DNA of 64,000 bases, from the NCBI GenBank assembly GCA_913046365.1, contig CAJWRM010000002.1, positions 50,815 through 114,814 of the forward strand. The letters run 5' to 3'. Position numbers and translations under genes: made by a program. Numbering within the stretch: the first letter of the stretch is position 1; each line of letters starts with the position of its first letter. The notes below the pieces were generated by a model that saw nothing but the letters and a program-made list of their open reading frames with translations, was not told where the DNA came from and made no database searches. Source of the stretch: an uncultured Flavobacteriales bacterium (lineage in GTDB: Bacteria > Bacteroidota > Bacteroidia > Flavobacteriales_D > Crocinitomicaceae). This document shows, piece by piece, positions 26,491 through 36,213 of the stretch.

Positions 26491-28050
26491 ATGAAAAAAC
26501 TAATATTATTAACAGCAGTAATGCTTGTTTCCACAGTTTGCATGAGCCAATCTGTAGAAATTGAAGGAGTAAGTGGATTTAGATTTAGCGGTGTAAGCCC
26601 AATTTTAGATGATAAAGGAGAGTCAGTTTCGGGATATTATACGCATTATATAATAGACAAGGGTGCGAAAGGCATGAGAACGCTAGAGTTTTCAATCGTT
26701 AACAAGGATGTTTCAAAAGTATCTCAGGCTCAAATAGAGTTGCATAAGTTTGCAACTTTGAACAACACTGTTTTTAATGGAAAGAACTTTCTTATTTCTT
26801 ATGATGACAGAAAAAATAAGCAAATCGTCTTCACGACCATCGATTTGGATGGTAATGTTGTTGCAACAAATAATATCTCCGCTGACAAACGAAGAAGTGC
26901 CTACAGTGTGGTTTACCCGGCTGCAAAAGGAGAGGGATTTTATGTTGTTCGTCCAGCTTTGGTCAAGAATAGAGTTAGAGGACATTATCTTGAAAAGATC
27001 AACAATGATTTAGAAGTTGTATGGTCGATCGAAGACCTTACGGAAAAGGGTTATATCGGAATAGCGAACCTTATAAATAACGATGATCGAGTTGTTGTTT
27101 GGAGAGAGCATGGTAAGGGTATCAATAAATTGAAGCCTCAAATCGTTTGTTATGATGCGGCGACGGGAGAAACTATATTCACTCGAGATGGTTACGATGG
27201 CGAAAGCACCATTCTGCATAATCAAATCAGAATTGATGATGAAAATAATATTCTAGTTGGCGGCGCTTACGTCGATGGAGAAAAATATAAGTCTGTAAAC
27301 AATACAGGTGTTTATCTTTTGAAGCTAACGGCTGATGGAGAAGAAGAATTTTACACTAAAATTGTTACGAAAGAGGAAATCCAACCCGTACTCAAGGCAG
27401 TCAGTAAGGGTTTTGCCATAGGAAGTAAAGATAAAATTTGGCTCGAAGATGTAATCATTGATGGAGATCAAATTGTATTAATTTCTGAGATGTTCAGAAA
27501 AAACTTTAATCCAAAGCCTCAAGCATTTCAGGGACCAAGGGATTTGATTACCGGAAAGTGGATTGGCGATATGGCTTACAGAAATGAGCAAGGTAAAGCC
27601 CCGAAGGTTACTTTTGAAATAATGGATTTCATATTATTTAAATTTAATGCGGATGGTGAATTAGATGAAATAAAGCCAATACAAAAAGATGGTTACAACA
27701 AGCTCACGGTTTACAATCCTTATTATGGACTTTACGGAATGAGTCTCGCTGCAGTTGTCGAGCGTTTGGGATGGTTTGATTATAACTTCACCTCAACCAA
27801 TTCCGCTGGAGAAAAGTTTATGGTTTGCTCTAACAATGCGGAGGCAAGAAAACCTCAGGTACTTACCTATGAGCTTAATGGTAGTTTTGCGAAATCAGAG
27901 ATTAATCTTAGACAAGAGGCAAAAGTTAATTTGGACGAAGGTCGTGTGAGCTATTTCAAGGTGATGCGAAATGAAGGTACGAATATAGCAGTAGCTTACT
28001 TCCAAAGAAAGCTGAAAAAAGTCACAATTAATATTGAATCAGTGGAATAA
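26491..28050 (+). CDS. Secreted hypothetical protein (519 aa)
   Basis: Signal peptide MKKLILLTAVMLVSTVCMSQ. Beta-rich sequence with no motif I recognise. Confidence 0.55.
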   Translation: MKKLILLTAVMLVSTVCMSQSVEIEGVSGFRFSGVSPILDDKGESVSGYYTHYIIDKGAKGMRTLEFSIVNKDVSKVSQAQIELHKFATLNNTVFNGKNFLISYDDRKNKQIVFTTIDLDGNVVATNNISADKRRSAYSVVYPAAKGEGFYVVRPALVKNRVRGHYLEKINNDLEVVWSIEDLTEKGYIGIANLINNDDRVVVWREHGKGINKLKPQIVCYDAATGETIFTRDGYDGESTILHNQIRIDDENNILVGGAYVDGEKYKSVNNTGVYLLKLTADGEEEFYTKIVTKEEIQPVLKAVSKGFAIGSKDKIWLEDVIIDGDQIVLISEMFRKNFNPKPQAFQGPRDLITGKWIGDMAYRNEQGKAPKVTFEIMDFILFKFNADGELDEIKPIQKDGYNKLTVYNPYYGLYGMSLAAVVERLGWFDYNFTSTNSAGEKFMVCSNNAEARKPQVLTYELNGSFAKSEINLRQEAKVNLDEGRVSYFKVMRNEGTNIAVAYFQRKLKKVTINIESVE

Positions 28051-28075
28051 ACTGAGTCAAAAGTACTTAAATATG

Positions 28076-28100
28076 AAAGGGCGCTTTGCGCCCTTTTTTT
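28076..28100 (+). terminator. Rho-independent terminator
   Basis: AAAGGGCGC-TTT-GCGCCC followed by T7. Confidence 0.75.
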
Positions 28101-28181
28101 GTATCCCGCAAATAAGAAGAGCTCGATTGTAAAAATTGCTTTAATCTTCCTAATTTTACAATCTTCTTTAACGATAAAGTA

Positions 28182-31100
28182 ATGAATAATAAGTATCCTG
28201 AATATAAAGGCTTGAACCTTCCTGAGATTTCAAAAGAGATTCAGGAATCATGGGAACGTGATGCTGTTTTTGAGGCGTCAATGACCTCTAGAGAGGGAGC
28301 AATACCTTTTGTTTTTTTTGAAGGCCCTCCTTCTGCAAATGGGATGCCTGGCATTCACCATGTAATGGCACGATCTATTAAGGATATTTTTTGTCGCTTT
28401 AAAACCCTTAAAGGCTTTCATGTAAAGCGAAAGGCCGGATGGGATACCCATGGTCTTCCTGTTGAGCTTGGTGTTGAAAAGGAGCTAGGGATCACGAAAG
28501 AGGATATAGGTAAAAAGATTACTGTTGACGCCTACAATACGGCTTGTAAAAAAGCCGTCATGAAATATACAGATGTTTGGAATGACCTTACAAAAAAGAT
28601 GGGTTATTGGGTAGATATGGATGACCCATACGTGACTTATAAGTCCAAATACATGGAATCTGTATGGTGGTTAATTTCTGAACTTTACAGGAAAGATTTA
28701 TTGTATAAAGGATATACCGTACAACCATATTCTCCAAAGGCAGGAACAGGACTTTCCTCTCATGAGATCAATCAGCCAGGATGTTATAAAGATGTGAAAG
28801 ACACTTCTGCTGTTGCACAATTTAAGGTGATCGATAATGCGAAATCTCCCTTTAATATTGAGGGGGAATTATTCTTGTTGGCATGGACAACTACACCTTG
28901 GACTTTACCTTCTAATACTGCCCTTACTGTTGGAGAAAAAATAGAATATGTATGCGTGACGACATATAATCAATATACCTTTAAAAGAGCCAATGTAGTT
29001 TTGGCAAAGAGTCTTGTCGACTATCAGTTTTCCAAAGGGTTTTTCGCTGTTGAAAACATAAATGATTTGGAAGCCTACGAAGAAGGGGCAAAAAAAATAC
29101 CTTTTTATGTAGGTCCAAGTTGCACAGGGAAGGATTTACTTGGACTTCGATATGAGCAGCTGCTTGCTTATTGTCTACCTGCCGAAAATCCGGAAAATGC
29201 ATTTCAGGTGATTTCAGGTGATTTTGTCACGACAGAAGACGGGACAGGCATCGTACATACGGCCCCTACATTCGGCGCAGACGATGCGAAAGTTGCCAAA
29301 GATGCAGGAGTCCCTCCAATGCTTGTTAGAGATGAGCACAAAAACCTTGTTCCATTGGTTGATCTTCAAGGCCGTTTTCGTAAGGAGCTTGCTGAATTTG
29401 CAGGTATGTACGTTAAAAATGAATATTATCCTGACGGAGAAGCACCTGATAAGTCTGCAGATGTAGAGATTTCTGTTAAGCTTAAATTAGAAAACAGGGC
29501 TTTTAAAGTTGAGAAATATGAGCATAGCTATCCGCATTGCTGGAGAACTGATAAACCGATATTGTATTACCCACTAGACTCTTGGTTTATAAAAGTAACC
29601 GAGCACAAACAGCGCATGGTCGACTTGAACAATACCATCAATTGGAAACCTGAGTCAACAGGAACTGGCCGTTTTGGAAAATGGTTGGAGAATGCAAACG
29701 ACTGGAATCTTTCTAGATCAAGGTATTGGGGTATTCCCATTCCTATTTGGAGAACTGAAGATGGACTCGAACAAAAATGTATTGGTTCTGTAGAAGCGCT
29801 TCAAAAAGAATGTCAGCTTGCAGTCGAGGCAGGAGTAATGGCTGAAAACCCGCTTAGAAGTTTCACGCCTGGTGACATGTCTGAGGCGAATTACGATCAA
29901 ATTGATTTGCACAAACATATTGTAGATAGCATGGTATTGGTTTCTGATTCAGGAAAACCCATGAATCGTGAATCTGACCTTATGGACGTTTGGTTTGATT
30001 CTGGTTCGATGCCTTATGCTCAGTGGCATTACCCTTTTGAAAATAAAGAGAAAATTGAAAACAGTACGGCTTACCCTGCTGATTTCATTGCGGAAGGAGT
30101 TGATCAGACAAGAGGATGGTTTTACACCCTTCATACGATATCATCTATGGTTTTTGGAAAAGTAGCATACAAAAATGTAGTGTCCAATGGTTTGGTTCTT
30201 GACAAAAAGGGTCAAAAGATGTCTAAGCGTTTAGGTAACGGGGTCGATCCATTTGAAACACTCAGCAAATATGGGCCGGATGCTACAAGGTGGTATATGA
30301 TTACCAATGCGCAGCCATGGGATAATTTGAAGTTTGATATTGAGGGAATTGTTGAGGTACAACGAAAGTTTTTTGGAACCCTTTATAATACCTACTCATT
30401 CTTTTCATTGTATGCCAATGTAGATGAATTCGATTATTCGCAAAAAGAACTTCCGCTTGAGGACAGACCGGAGATCGATCGATGGGTATTGTCAAAGCTT
30501 TACTCATTGGTTCAAAATGTAGATGAGAGTTATTCTTCCTATGAGCCTACAAGAGCGGGCAGAGCAATCCAAGAATTTGTAAGCGAACAGCTTTCGAATT
30601 GGTATGTTCGTCTTTGTCGAAGAAGGTTTTGGAAGAATGATGACCCTAAAGATAAGATCGCGGCCTATCAAACACTCTACAAATGTCTAGAGACTGTGGC
30701 GATTATCGCCTCTCCAATTGCTCCTTTCTTCATGGATCGCCTTTATTTAGATTTAAATAAAGGATCTCAAAAATCAAAATTGAATTCCGTACACCTTGCT
30801 GATTTCCCACGTGTAGATCCTGACATCATTCAGAGAAATCTTGAAAAACAAATGGAATTGGCACAACGCGTTTGTTCATTAGTGCTTGGTTTACGGAAGA
30901 AGGAAAGAATTCGAGTACGGCAGCCTTTACAAAAGATTATGGTTCCTGTTTTGAATGTGGAAACAGAGAAAAACCTCAACCATGTTCGTGGGCTGATTCT
31001 ATCAGAGGTAAACGTAAAGGAGCTTGAAATGATTACGGAAGACAATGAAATATTGGTTAAAAGTATCAAGCCGAACTTTAAGACAATTGGACCAAAATAT

Positions 31101-31586
31101 GGGAAGCATATGAAGGCGATTGCTGCGCTTATCTCGGGATGGACAGCAGTAGATATTTCTGCGCTTGAGTCAAGAGGTAACTGGGAGGGAGATATTAATG
31201 GTGATGATATTATTTTAGAATTACATGATTTTGTAATCGATACAAAGGATATCCCGGGTTGGTTGGTTGCTAATGAAGACGGACTCACAGTTGCCTTGGA
31301 CATTTCGGTTTCAGAGGATTTAAAATCTGAAGGTATTGCGAGAGAGCTTGTAAATAGAGTCCAAAACTTACGTAAAGAAAAAGGTTTGGAAGTGACAGAT
31401 AAAATCTATCTGGTGCTGGAGACAAATGAGGTGATTCAAGAGGCAATTGAGCGCAATAAGGGTTATGTTGCTGATGAGGTTTTGGCCTCTGACATAAGTT
31501 TTGAAGATTTGAAGGGTGAAATTCATCTCGAAACTATTGAAGTTGAAAATGATCTTAAAATTAGCTTGAGGAAAAAAGAAGCATAA
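28182..31586 (+). CDS. ileS: Isoleucine--tRNA ligase (long form)
   Basis: Class I signatures PSANGMPGIHH (HIGH-like) and KMSKRLGN (KMSKS), plus editing-domain and anticodon-binding regions. 1134 aa. Confidence 0.97.
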   Translation: MNNKYPEYKGLNLPEISKEIQESWERDAVFEASMTSREGAIPFVFFEGPPSANGMPGIHHVMARSIKDIFCRFKTLKGFHVKRKAGWDTHGLPVELGVEKELGITKEDIGKKITVDAYNTACKKAVMKYTDVWNDLTKKMGYWVDMDDPYVTYKSKYMESVWWLISELYRKDLLYKGYTVQPYSPKAGTGLSSHEINQPGCYKDVKDTSAVAQFKVIDNAKSPFNIEGELFLLAWTTTPWTLPSNTALTVGEKIEYVCVTTYNQYTFKRANVVLAKSLVDYQFSKGFFAVENINDLEAYEEGAKKIPFYVGPSCTGKDLLGLRYEQLLAYCLPAENPENAFQVISGDFVTTEDGTGIVHTAPTFGADDAKVAKDAGVPPMLVRDEHKNLVPLVDLQGRFRKELAEFAGMYVKNEYYPDGEAPDKSADVEISVKLKLENRAFKVEKYEHSYPHCWRTDKPILYYPLDSWFIKVTEHKQRMVDLNNTINWKPESTGTGRFGKWLENANDWNLSRSRYWGIPIPIWRTEDGLEQKCIGSVEALQKECQLAVEAGVMAENPLRSFTPGDMSEANYDQIDLHKHIVDSMVLVSDSGKPMNRESDLMDVWFDSGSMPYAQWHYPFENKEKIENSTAYPADFIAEGVDQTRGWFYTLHTISSMVFGKVAYKNVVSNGLVLDKKGQKMSKRLGNGVDPFETLSKYGPDATRWYMITNAQPWDNLKFDIEGIVEVQRKFFGTLYNTYSFFSLYANVDEFDYSQKELPLEDRPEIDRWVLSKLYSLVQNVDESYSSYEPTRAGRAIQEFVSEQLSNWYVRLCRRRFWKNDDPKDKIAAYQTLYKCLETVAIIASPIAPFFMDRLYLDLNKGSQKSKLNSVHLADFPRVDPDIIQRNLEKQMELAQRVCSLVLGLRKKERIRVRQPLQKIMVPVLNVETEKNLNHVRGLILSEVNVKELEMITEDNEILVKSIKPNFKTIGPKYGKHMKAIAALISGWTAVDISALESRGNWEGDINGDDIILELHDFVIDTKDIPGWLVANEDGLTVALDISVSEDLKSEGIARELVNRVQNLRKEKGLEVTDKIYLVLETNEVIQEAIERNKGYVADEVLASDISFEDLKGEIHLETIEVENDLKISLRKKEA

Positions 31587-31604
31587 TATTTTATATTTGT
31601 AAAT

Positions 31605-32075
31605 ATGTCTGAAAATTCAATATTTGTAATAGATGGTTTGGAGGTAGAGGCTGGTTCTGGAGCAGAAGTCCATTGGCTTGATCGAGATTTTTTCGAATTG
31701 ACCTATCAGGGAAAATCTTTTAAGGGGGAAATTTTAAATCGAGACATTGAAAATAGGAAGTTGCGTCTAAAGCTAAATCATCGTGTATTTGAGCTAAAAA
31801 AGAAGTTTGAATTGGATGAACTTATCGCAGAACTAGGTCTTGATAAGGTAAAGGTGAAGCAGCTCAAAGAGATAGGCTCGCCAATGCCTGGAAGGATTTT
31901 AAACATTCAGGTACAAGTTGGAGACCATGTTAAAGTTGGAGACCCTATACTTTCTCTTGAAGCCATGAAAATGGAAAATATTCTCAAATCTGATGGTGAG
32001 GGAGTTGTCAAAAGGGTTGCTATTGATAAAGAGCAGGTTGTTGACAAAGGCCAGTTGCTTATAGAATTCGAATAA
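31605..32075 (+). CDS. Biotin carboxyl carrier-type protein (biotinyl domain) with ~80-aa N-terminal extension
   Basis: C-terminal SPMPGRI...GDPILSLEAMKMENIL contains the AMKM biotinylation motif. Confidence 0.8.
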   Translation: MSENSIFVIDGLEVEAGSGAEVHWLDRDFFELTYQGKSFKGEILNRDIENRKLRLKLNHRVFELKKKFELDELIAELGLDKVKVKQLKEIGSPMPGRILNIQVQVGDHVKVGDPILSLEAMKMENILKSDGEGVVKRVAIDKEQVVDKGQLLIEFE

Positions 32076-32077
32076 CC

Positions 32078-32485
32078 TTACTTCACAGCAATTGATATAC
32101 TTTGTTCATTTCCGTGTGAAAATGATGCTTGAGAAAAGCTTGGTGCGCTAAAAGTATTTCTTGCATTATTTGAAAACCCATATGGCTCTTGCGGAAGCCC
32201 TAATGCATTCTTGTCTAACTTACCATTACTATTTAAATCGTGAAAAACGGCAATTGCATATGTTCTATGCGCCAGTTTTTTAAATGTAAATTCGTGTTGT
32301 TTATTTTTAGATAGAGGGACAATTTCTCCTATGAGTTGCTTGCCAAAAATGGGAAATACATCTTTATTGTCATACAACGCTATATACAGCTGCCCATTTT
32401 GTGATTTGCACCCCGAAACAATCACAGTGAGGTCATCTGTATTGTCAAATAGCGGAAGCAATAAAGCTAAAATTACAGCGAACAT
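32078..32485 (-). CDS. DUF2141 domain protein
   Basis: GQLYIALYDNKDVFP...HDLNSNGKLDKNALGLPQEPYGFSNNAR matches the DUF2141 pattern. Confidence 0.7.
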   Translation of the reverse strand: MFAVILALLLPLFDNTDDLTVIVSGCKSQNGQLYIALYDNKDVFPIFGKQLIGEIVPLSKNKQHEFTFKKLAHRTYAIAVFHDLNSNGKLDKNALGLPQEPYGFSNNARNTFSAPSFSQASFSHGNEQSISIAVK

Positions 32486-32654
32486 TTCTTATTTATTTAT
32501 TCTAAATCGTTGAATAAAGGTAAAAAATCAGTGCTACAGACACAACAGCATAAAAAATAAGCTTTAAAAGGGTGCGCTTTTTCGGCTTTTCTGGTAGGCG
32601 CGACCTGAAATTAAAATGCTCTTCTTTCACGCCTTAAAAATAGTTGAATTTCTC

Positions 32655-32662
32655 TACCTTTG
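32655..32662 (+). promoter_or_regulatory. Candidate -7 box TACCTTTG placed 4 nt before the galE ATG
   Basis: Exact TAnnTTTG match. The G is at 32662 and the ATG at 32667. Confidence 0.35.
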
Positions 32663-32666
32663 AGAT

Positions 32667-33692
32667 ATGTTGAAAAAAGTATTGGTAACGGGTGGTGCTG
32701 GATATATAGGCTCACATACTGTGGTAGAACTTTTCAATTCCGGCTACGAGCCTGTTTTGCTTGACGATTTTAGAAATTCAAATGAATCGGTGCTAGATGG
32801 GTTGTTTAATATTTTAGGTAAACGACCCGAGCTTTTAAAGCAAGATGTTTGTAATACGGATTATTTGAGAGGATATATAAAAGACAATAAGGTTTGCGGT
32901 ATTATTCATTTTGCCGCATATAAGGCGGTTGGAGAGTCGGTTGAAAATCCATTGAATTATTACCAAAACAATATTGAAGGATTGGTCTCGATATTGAAAA
33001 TTGTTTCGGAGAATCCTGAAATTCCCTTTGTATTTTCTTCTTCTTGTACAGTTTACGGTGAGCCAAAGGGACAAAAAGAGGTTTCTGAAAAAACACCCAA
33101 AACAATTCCTACCTCACCATATGGTTTTACAAAGTGGCTCGGGGAAAATATAATTGATGATTTGTTTTTTTCACAAAATAAACTTCGTTTAATGAGCTTG
33201 AGATATTTCAATCCGATTGGGGCACATTTGTCCGCACAAATAGGAGAGCTCCCAATAGGAAAGCCGAACAATTTGCTTCCATTCGTGACACAGACCGCTG
33301 CGGGTTTGCATGAAAAACTTACCATATTTGGCGATAGCTATCCGACGATTGATGGCACCTGTGTAAGGGATTATATTCATGTTGTCGATCTTGCGGAAGC
33401 ACATGTCAAAGCTTTAGATTACTTAATGCATTCAGCGGATGGCTGTCATGAAATTGTGAATATCGGTACTGGCAAGGGATCAAGTGTTTTAGAAGTTGTC
33501 AACGCTTTTGAGAAGGTAAATGACATCAAACTGAATTATGAATTTGGTCCAAATAGACCCGGTGATGTAATTGAAATTTATGCCAATGTAGATTATGCAA
33601 AAAAGCTTTTGGGATGGAGTGCAAAAAAGACAATTAATGATGCGGTTAAAGATGCCTGGAGCTGGGAAAAATCAATTCGTTCCATAAAATGA
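32667..33692 (+). CDS. galE: UDP-glucose 4-epimerase
   Basis: VTGGAGYIGSH, YxxxK (PYGFTKW), RYFNPIGAH, VRDYIHVVDLA. Confidence 0.9.
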   Translation: MLKKVLVTGGAGYIGSHTVVELFNSGYEPVLLDDFRNSNESVLDGLFNILGKRPELLKQDVCNTDYLRGYIKDNKVCGIIHFAAYKAVGESVENPLNYYQNNIEGLVSILKIVSENPEIPFVFSSSCTVYGEPKGQKEVSEKTPKTIPTSPYGFTKWLGENIIDDLFFSQNKLRLMSLRYFNPIGAHLSAQIGELPIGKPNNLLPFVTQTAAGLHEKLTIFGDSYPTIDGTCVRDYIHVVDLAEAHVKALDYLMHSADGCHEIVNIGTGKGSSVLEVVNAFEKVNDIKLNYEFGPNRPGDVIEIYANVDYAKKLLGWSAKKTINDAVKDAWSWEKSIRSIK

Positions 33693-34408
33693 AAATAGTT
33701 CTTCTATTTCTTTGTATTCATCTAGGTGTTCTTGGACAATCCGAAAGACAGTCTCAAGAGAGACCCGGGCTTTTTTGGTATTATAGCGGATTGAGACCAT
33801 TCAAGGATATTGATAGAAAGAAATACGATCGAGTAATTATTGATCTAACCTATAATGACTGGATAGGCGAAAATGGGCCTTTTCAAAATAATTTGAATTC
33901 CATAGGTTTTAGCGTAAGCATAAATAAGGATGTTCAGTTTAAATCGACCGAGAGAGTAGCCTTTGGAATAGGCTTAGGATATGCATATTTAAATCATAGA
34001 ACCCCACGTGTTTTTTATCTCACTCCCTTCGATGCTGTTCAGGCAGCTATCCCATCTCCTACTGATAGCATTCTATCCTCTTTTCTCACCATACATCAGT
34101 TTTATGTTCCTTTAGAGCTTAGATTGAGGTCTATTGGCTGGAAGCATGTAAAGCTTATTTTAGGAGCTAGAGTAGGTGTGCAACCTCGAATGAATTTCAG
34201 TTCTTACAGACAATTTGAAGAAGAAGTTTCGTATTCAGAAGTAAAGCTTAGGGAAGAATACAATTGGTTTTATCTCTCTACTTATGCAAGGCTAGGATTT
34301 AGAAATTGGTCTTTGTTTTTTGCATACCAGCCGTTGACCTTGTTCTCAAATAACGAAAGTTTGGATATTCACCCTATTCAGATGGGCATTAGCTTATCCT
34401 TGTTTTAA
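33689..34408 (+). CDS. Hypothetical outer-membrane beta-barrel-like protein
   Basis: Signal peptide and a C-terminal ...GISLSLF aromatic terminus. ATGA overlap with galE. Confidence 0.5.
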   Translation: MKIVLLFLCIHLGVLGQSERQSQERPGLFWYYSGLRPFKDIDRKKYDRVIIDLTYNDWIGENGPFQNNLNSIGFSVSINKDVQFKSTERVAFGIGLGYAYLNHRTPRVFYLTPFDAVQAAIPSPTDSILSSFLTIHQFYVPLELRLRSIGWKHVKLILGARVGVQPRMNFSSYRQFEEEVSYSEVKLREEYNWFYLSTYARLGFRNWSLFFAYQPLTLFSNNESLDIHPIQMGISLSLF

Positions 34409-35194
34409 ATGATTGATACACATTCACATATGTATAGCGAACAATTTGATAAAGATCAAACTGAAACAATTGCGCGTGCGAGAGATAATGGGGTCGAGTA
34501 TATTTTGCTTCCAAATATTGATGTCGATTCAATCGATGCTTTGCATGAATTATCACAACGAGATAAGGGTTGTATACCGATGATGGGATTACATCCATGC
34601 AGTGTTGATTTGGACTATTCTAATCAGCTAAAGCGCATTGGCTTTGAGCTTTTTCAGGGCTCCCAAAAGTATATTGCAGTCGGAGAAATTGGAATTGATT
34701 TATATTGGGACCGCAGCTTTATTGAGCAGCAGAAAGCCGCTTTTCGAATTCAAATAAATTGGGCAAAAGAATTAGGGATTCCAATTGTGATTCATGCCCG
34801 AGATTCTATGCCCGAGATTTTAGAGATTTTAGACGAAGAGAATAGCAGCGATCTTAGGGGGGTGTTTCATTGCTTTTCAGGCACCACAGAAGATGCTGAA
34901 AGAATTATGGGTTATAGTGGCTTCAAATTTGGCATTGGCGGCGTTGTTACCTTTAAAAATGCTACGCTACCTCAGGTGCTAAAAAGTATTCCTTTAAAAC
35001 ATATTTTGCTAGAGACTGACGCGCCTTATTTAGCGCCAATGCCATATAGAGGAAAGCGTAATGAAAGTGCCTATATCTTGTATATTGCCGACAAGCTTTC
35101 TGATATTTATGAATGCTCTGTTGAGCAGATTAAGAAGATTACTACTGAGAATGCGGAGGAGCTTTTTCAAATCTCAAAATATTTAATAAGATGA
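34409..35194 (+). CDS. TatD family metal-dependent hydrolase
   Basis: IDTHSHMY, IGEIGIDLYW, HCFSG, LLETDAPYL. Confidence 0.9.
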   Translation: MIDTHSHMYSEQFDKDQTETIARARDNGVEYILLPNIDVDSIDALHELSQRDKGCIPMMGLHPCSVDLDYSNQLKRIGFELFQGSQKYIAVGEIGIDLYWDRSFIEQQKAAFRIQINWAKELGIPIVIHARDSMPEILEILDEENSSDLRGVFHCFSGTTEDAERIMGYSGFKFGIGGVVTFKNATLPQVLKSIPLKHILLETDAPYLAPMPYRGKRNESAYILYIADKLSDIYECSVEQIKKITTENAEELFQISKYLIR

Positions 35195-36213
35195 CGAAAG
35201 TATTGGTTATTTATACTGGTGGAACGATTGGGATGATTAGGGATCCTGAAACAGGTCTCCTAAATAGTTTTGATTTTAATTCAGTTTATGAGCATATTCC
35301 TGAGCTCAATAGATTACATACTGAAATAGATACAATGAGTGTCAAAAAGCCTATTGACTCTTCTGAAATGACCTCTGAAAATTGGATTAATTTGGCAAAG
35401 CTGATCAAAAAAAGTTACGATCACTACGATGGATTCGTCATTCTTCATGGAACAGATACGATGTCTTATTCTGCATCAGCCCTTAGCTTTATGATTCAGG
35501 GCCTTCACAAACCTATTATTTTCACAGGTTCGCAACTCCCCATTGGTGTTATACGCACGGATGGTAAAGAAAATCTAATTACGGCAATTGAAATCGCTGC
35601 TGCAAAAGATTCAAACGGAGAATCAATTATACAGGAAGTAGCTGTTTATTTTGAGTATTCTCTTTACCGCGGAAATAGAAGTTCGAAGGTAAGCTCTAAC
35701 CAATTTGAAGCATTCAAGTCTCCAAATTATCCTGAGCTGGCTATTGCTGGTGTGAATATCAAATACAAATGGAGTGCGCTTCAAAGGCCGCAAATATCTA
35801 AACCTATATATCAATTTGGGATGTCAAAATCTGTTGCACTTTTGAAAATCTTTCCCGGGATGGATATAGACTTGTACAAAGGTCTTTTTGATGCTTCTCA
35901 AACGAAAGGAATTGTTCTCGAAACATTTGGCTCGGGCAATGCGCCATCAATTGATAAAATGCAACGGATCATGGCACGTTATGTCGAGGAGGGAGGTTTA
36001 ATTATCAATATTACCCAGTGTAGTTCAGGTGTAGTAAAACAAGGTGCATATCAAACTAGTTCGTTTTTCAATAAAATTGGTGTAATTAGTGGTTCAGATA
36101 TGACCGCGGAGGCAGCCCTTACAAAATTAATGTTTGCCCTTGGAAATGAGGACGACCTTAAAAAGGTTAAGACCCTTATTGCAATGCCGATTTGTGGTGA
36201 AATGGACCTTTAG
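35191..36213 (+). CDS. Type I L-asparaginase
   Basis: VIYTGGTIGM and HGTDTM active-site motifs. 340 aa with no signal peptide. Confidence 0.88.
   Translation: MTKVLVIYTGGTIGMIRDPETGLLNSFDFNSVYEHIPELNRLHTEIDTMSVKKPIDSSEMTSENWINLAKLIKKSYDHYDGFVILHGTDTMSYSASALSFMIQGLHKPIIFTGSQLPIGVIRTDGKENLITAIEIAAAKDSNGESIIQEVAVYFEYSLYRGNRSSKVSSNQFEAFKSPNYPELAIAGVNIKYKWSALQRPQISKPIYQFGMSKSVALLKIFPGMDIDLYKGLFDASQTKGIVLETFGSGNAPSIDKMQRIMARYVEEGGLIINITQCSSGVVKQGAYQTSSFFNKIGVISGSDMTAEAALTKLMFALGNEDDLKKVKTLIAMPICGEMDL

Noticed and set aside
30830-31303. 157-aa minus-strand ORF inside ileS
   Set aside because: It is antisense to an unambiguous ileS reading frame. The Ser/Ile-rich translation is low-complexity, with no start context or motif.
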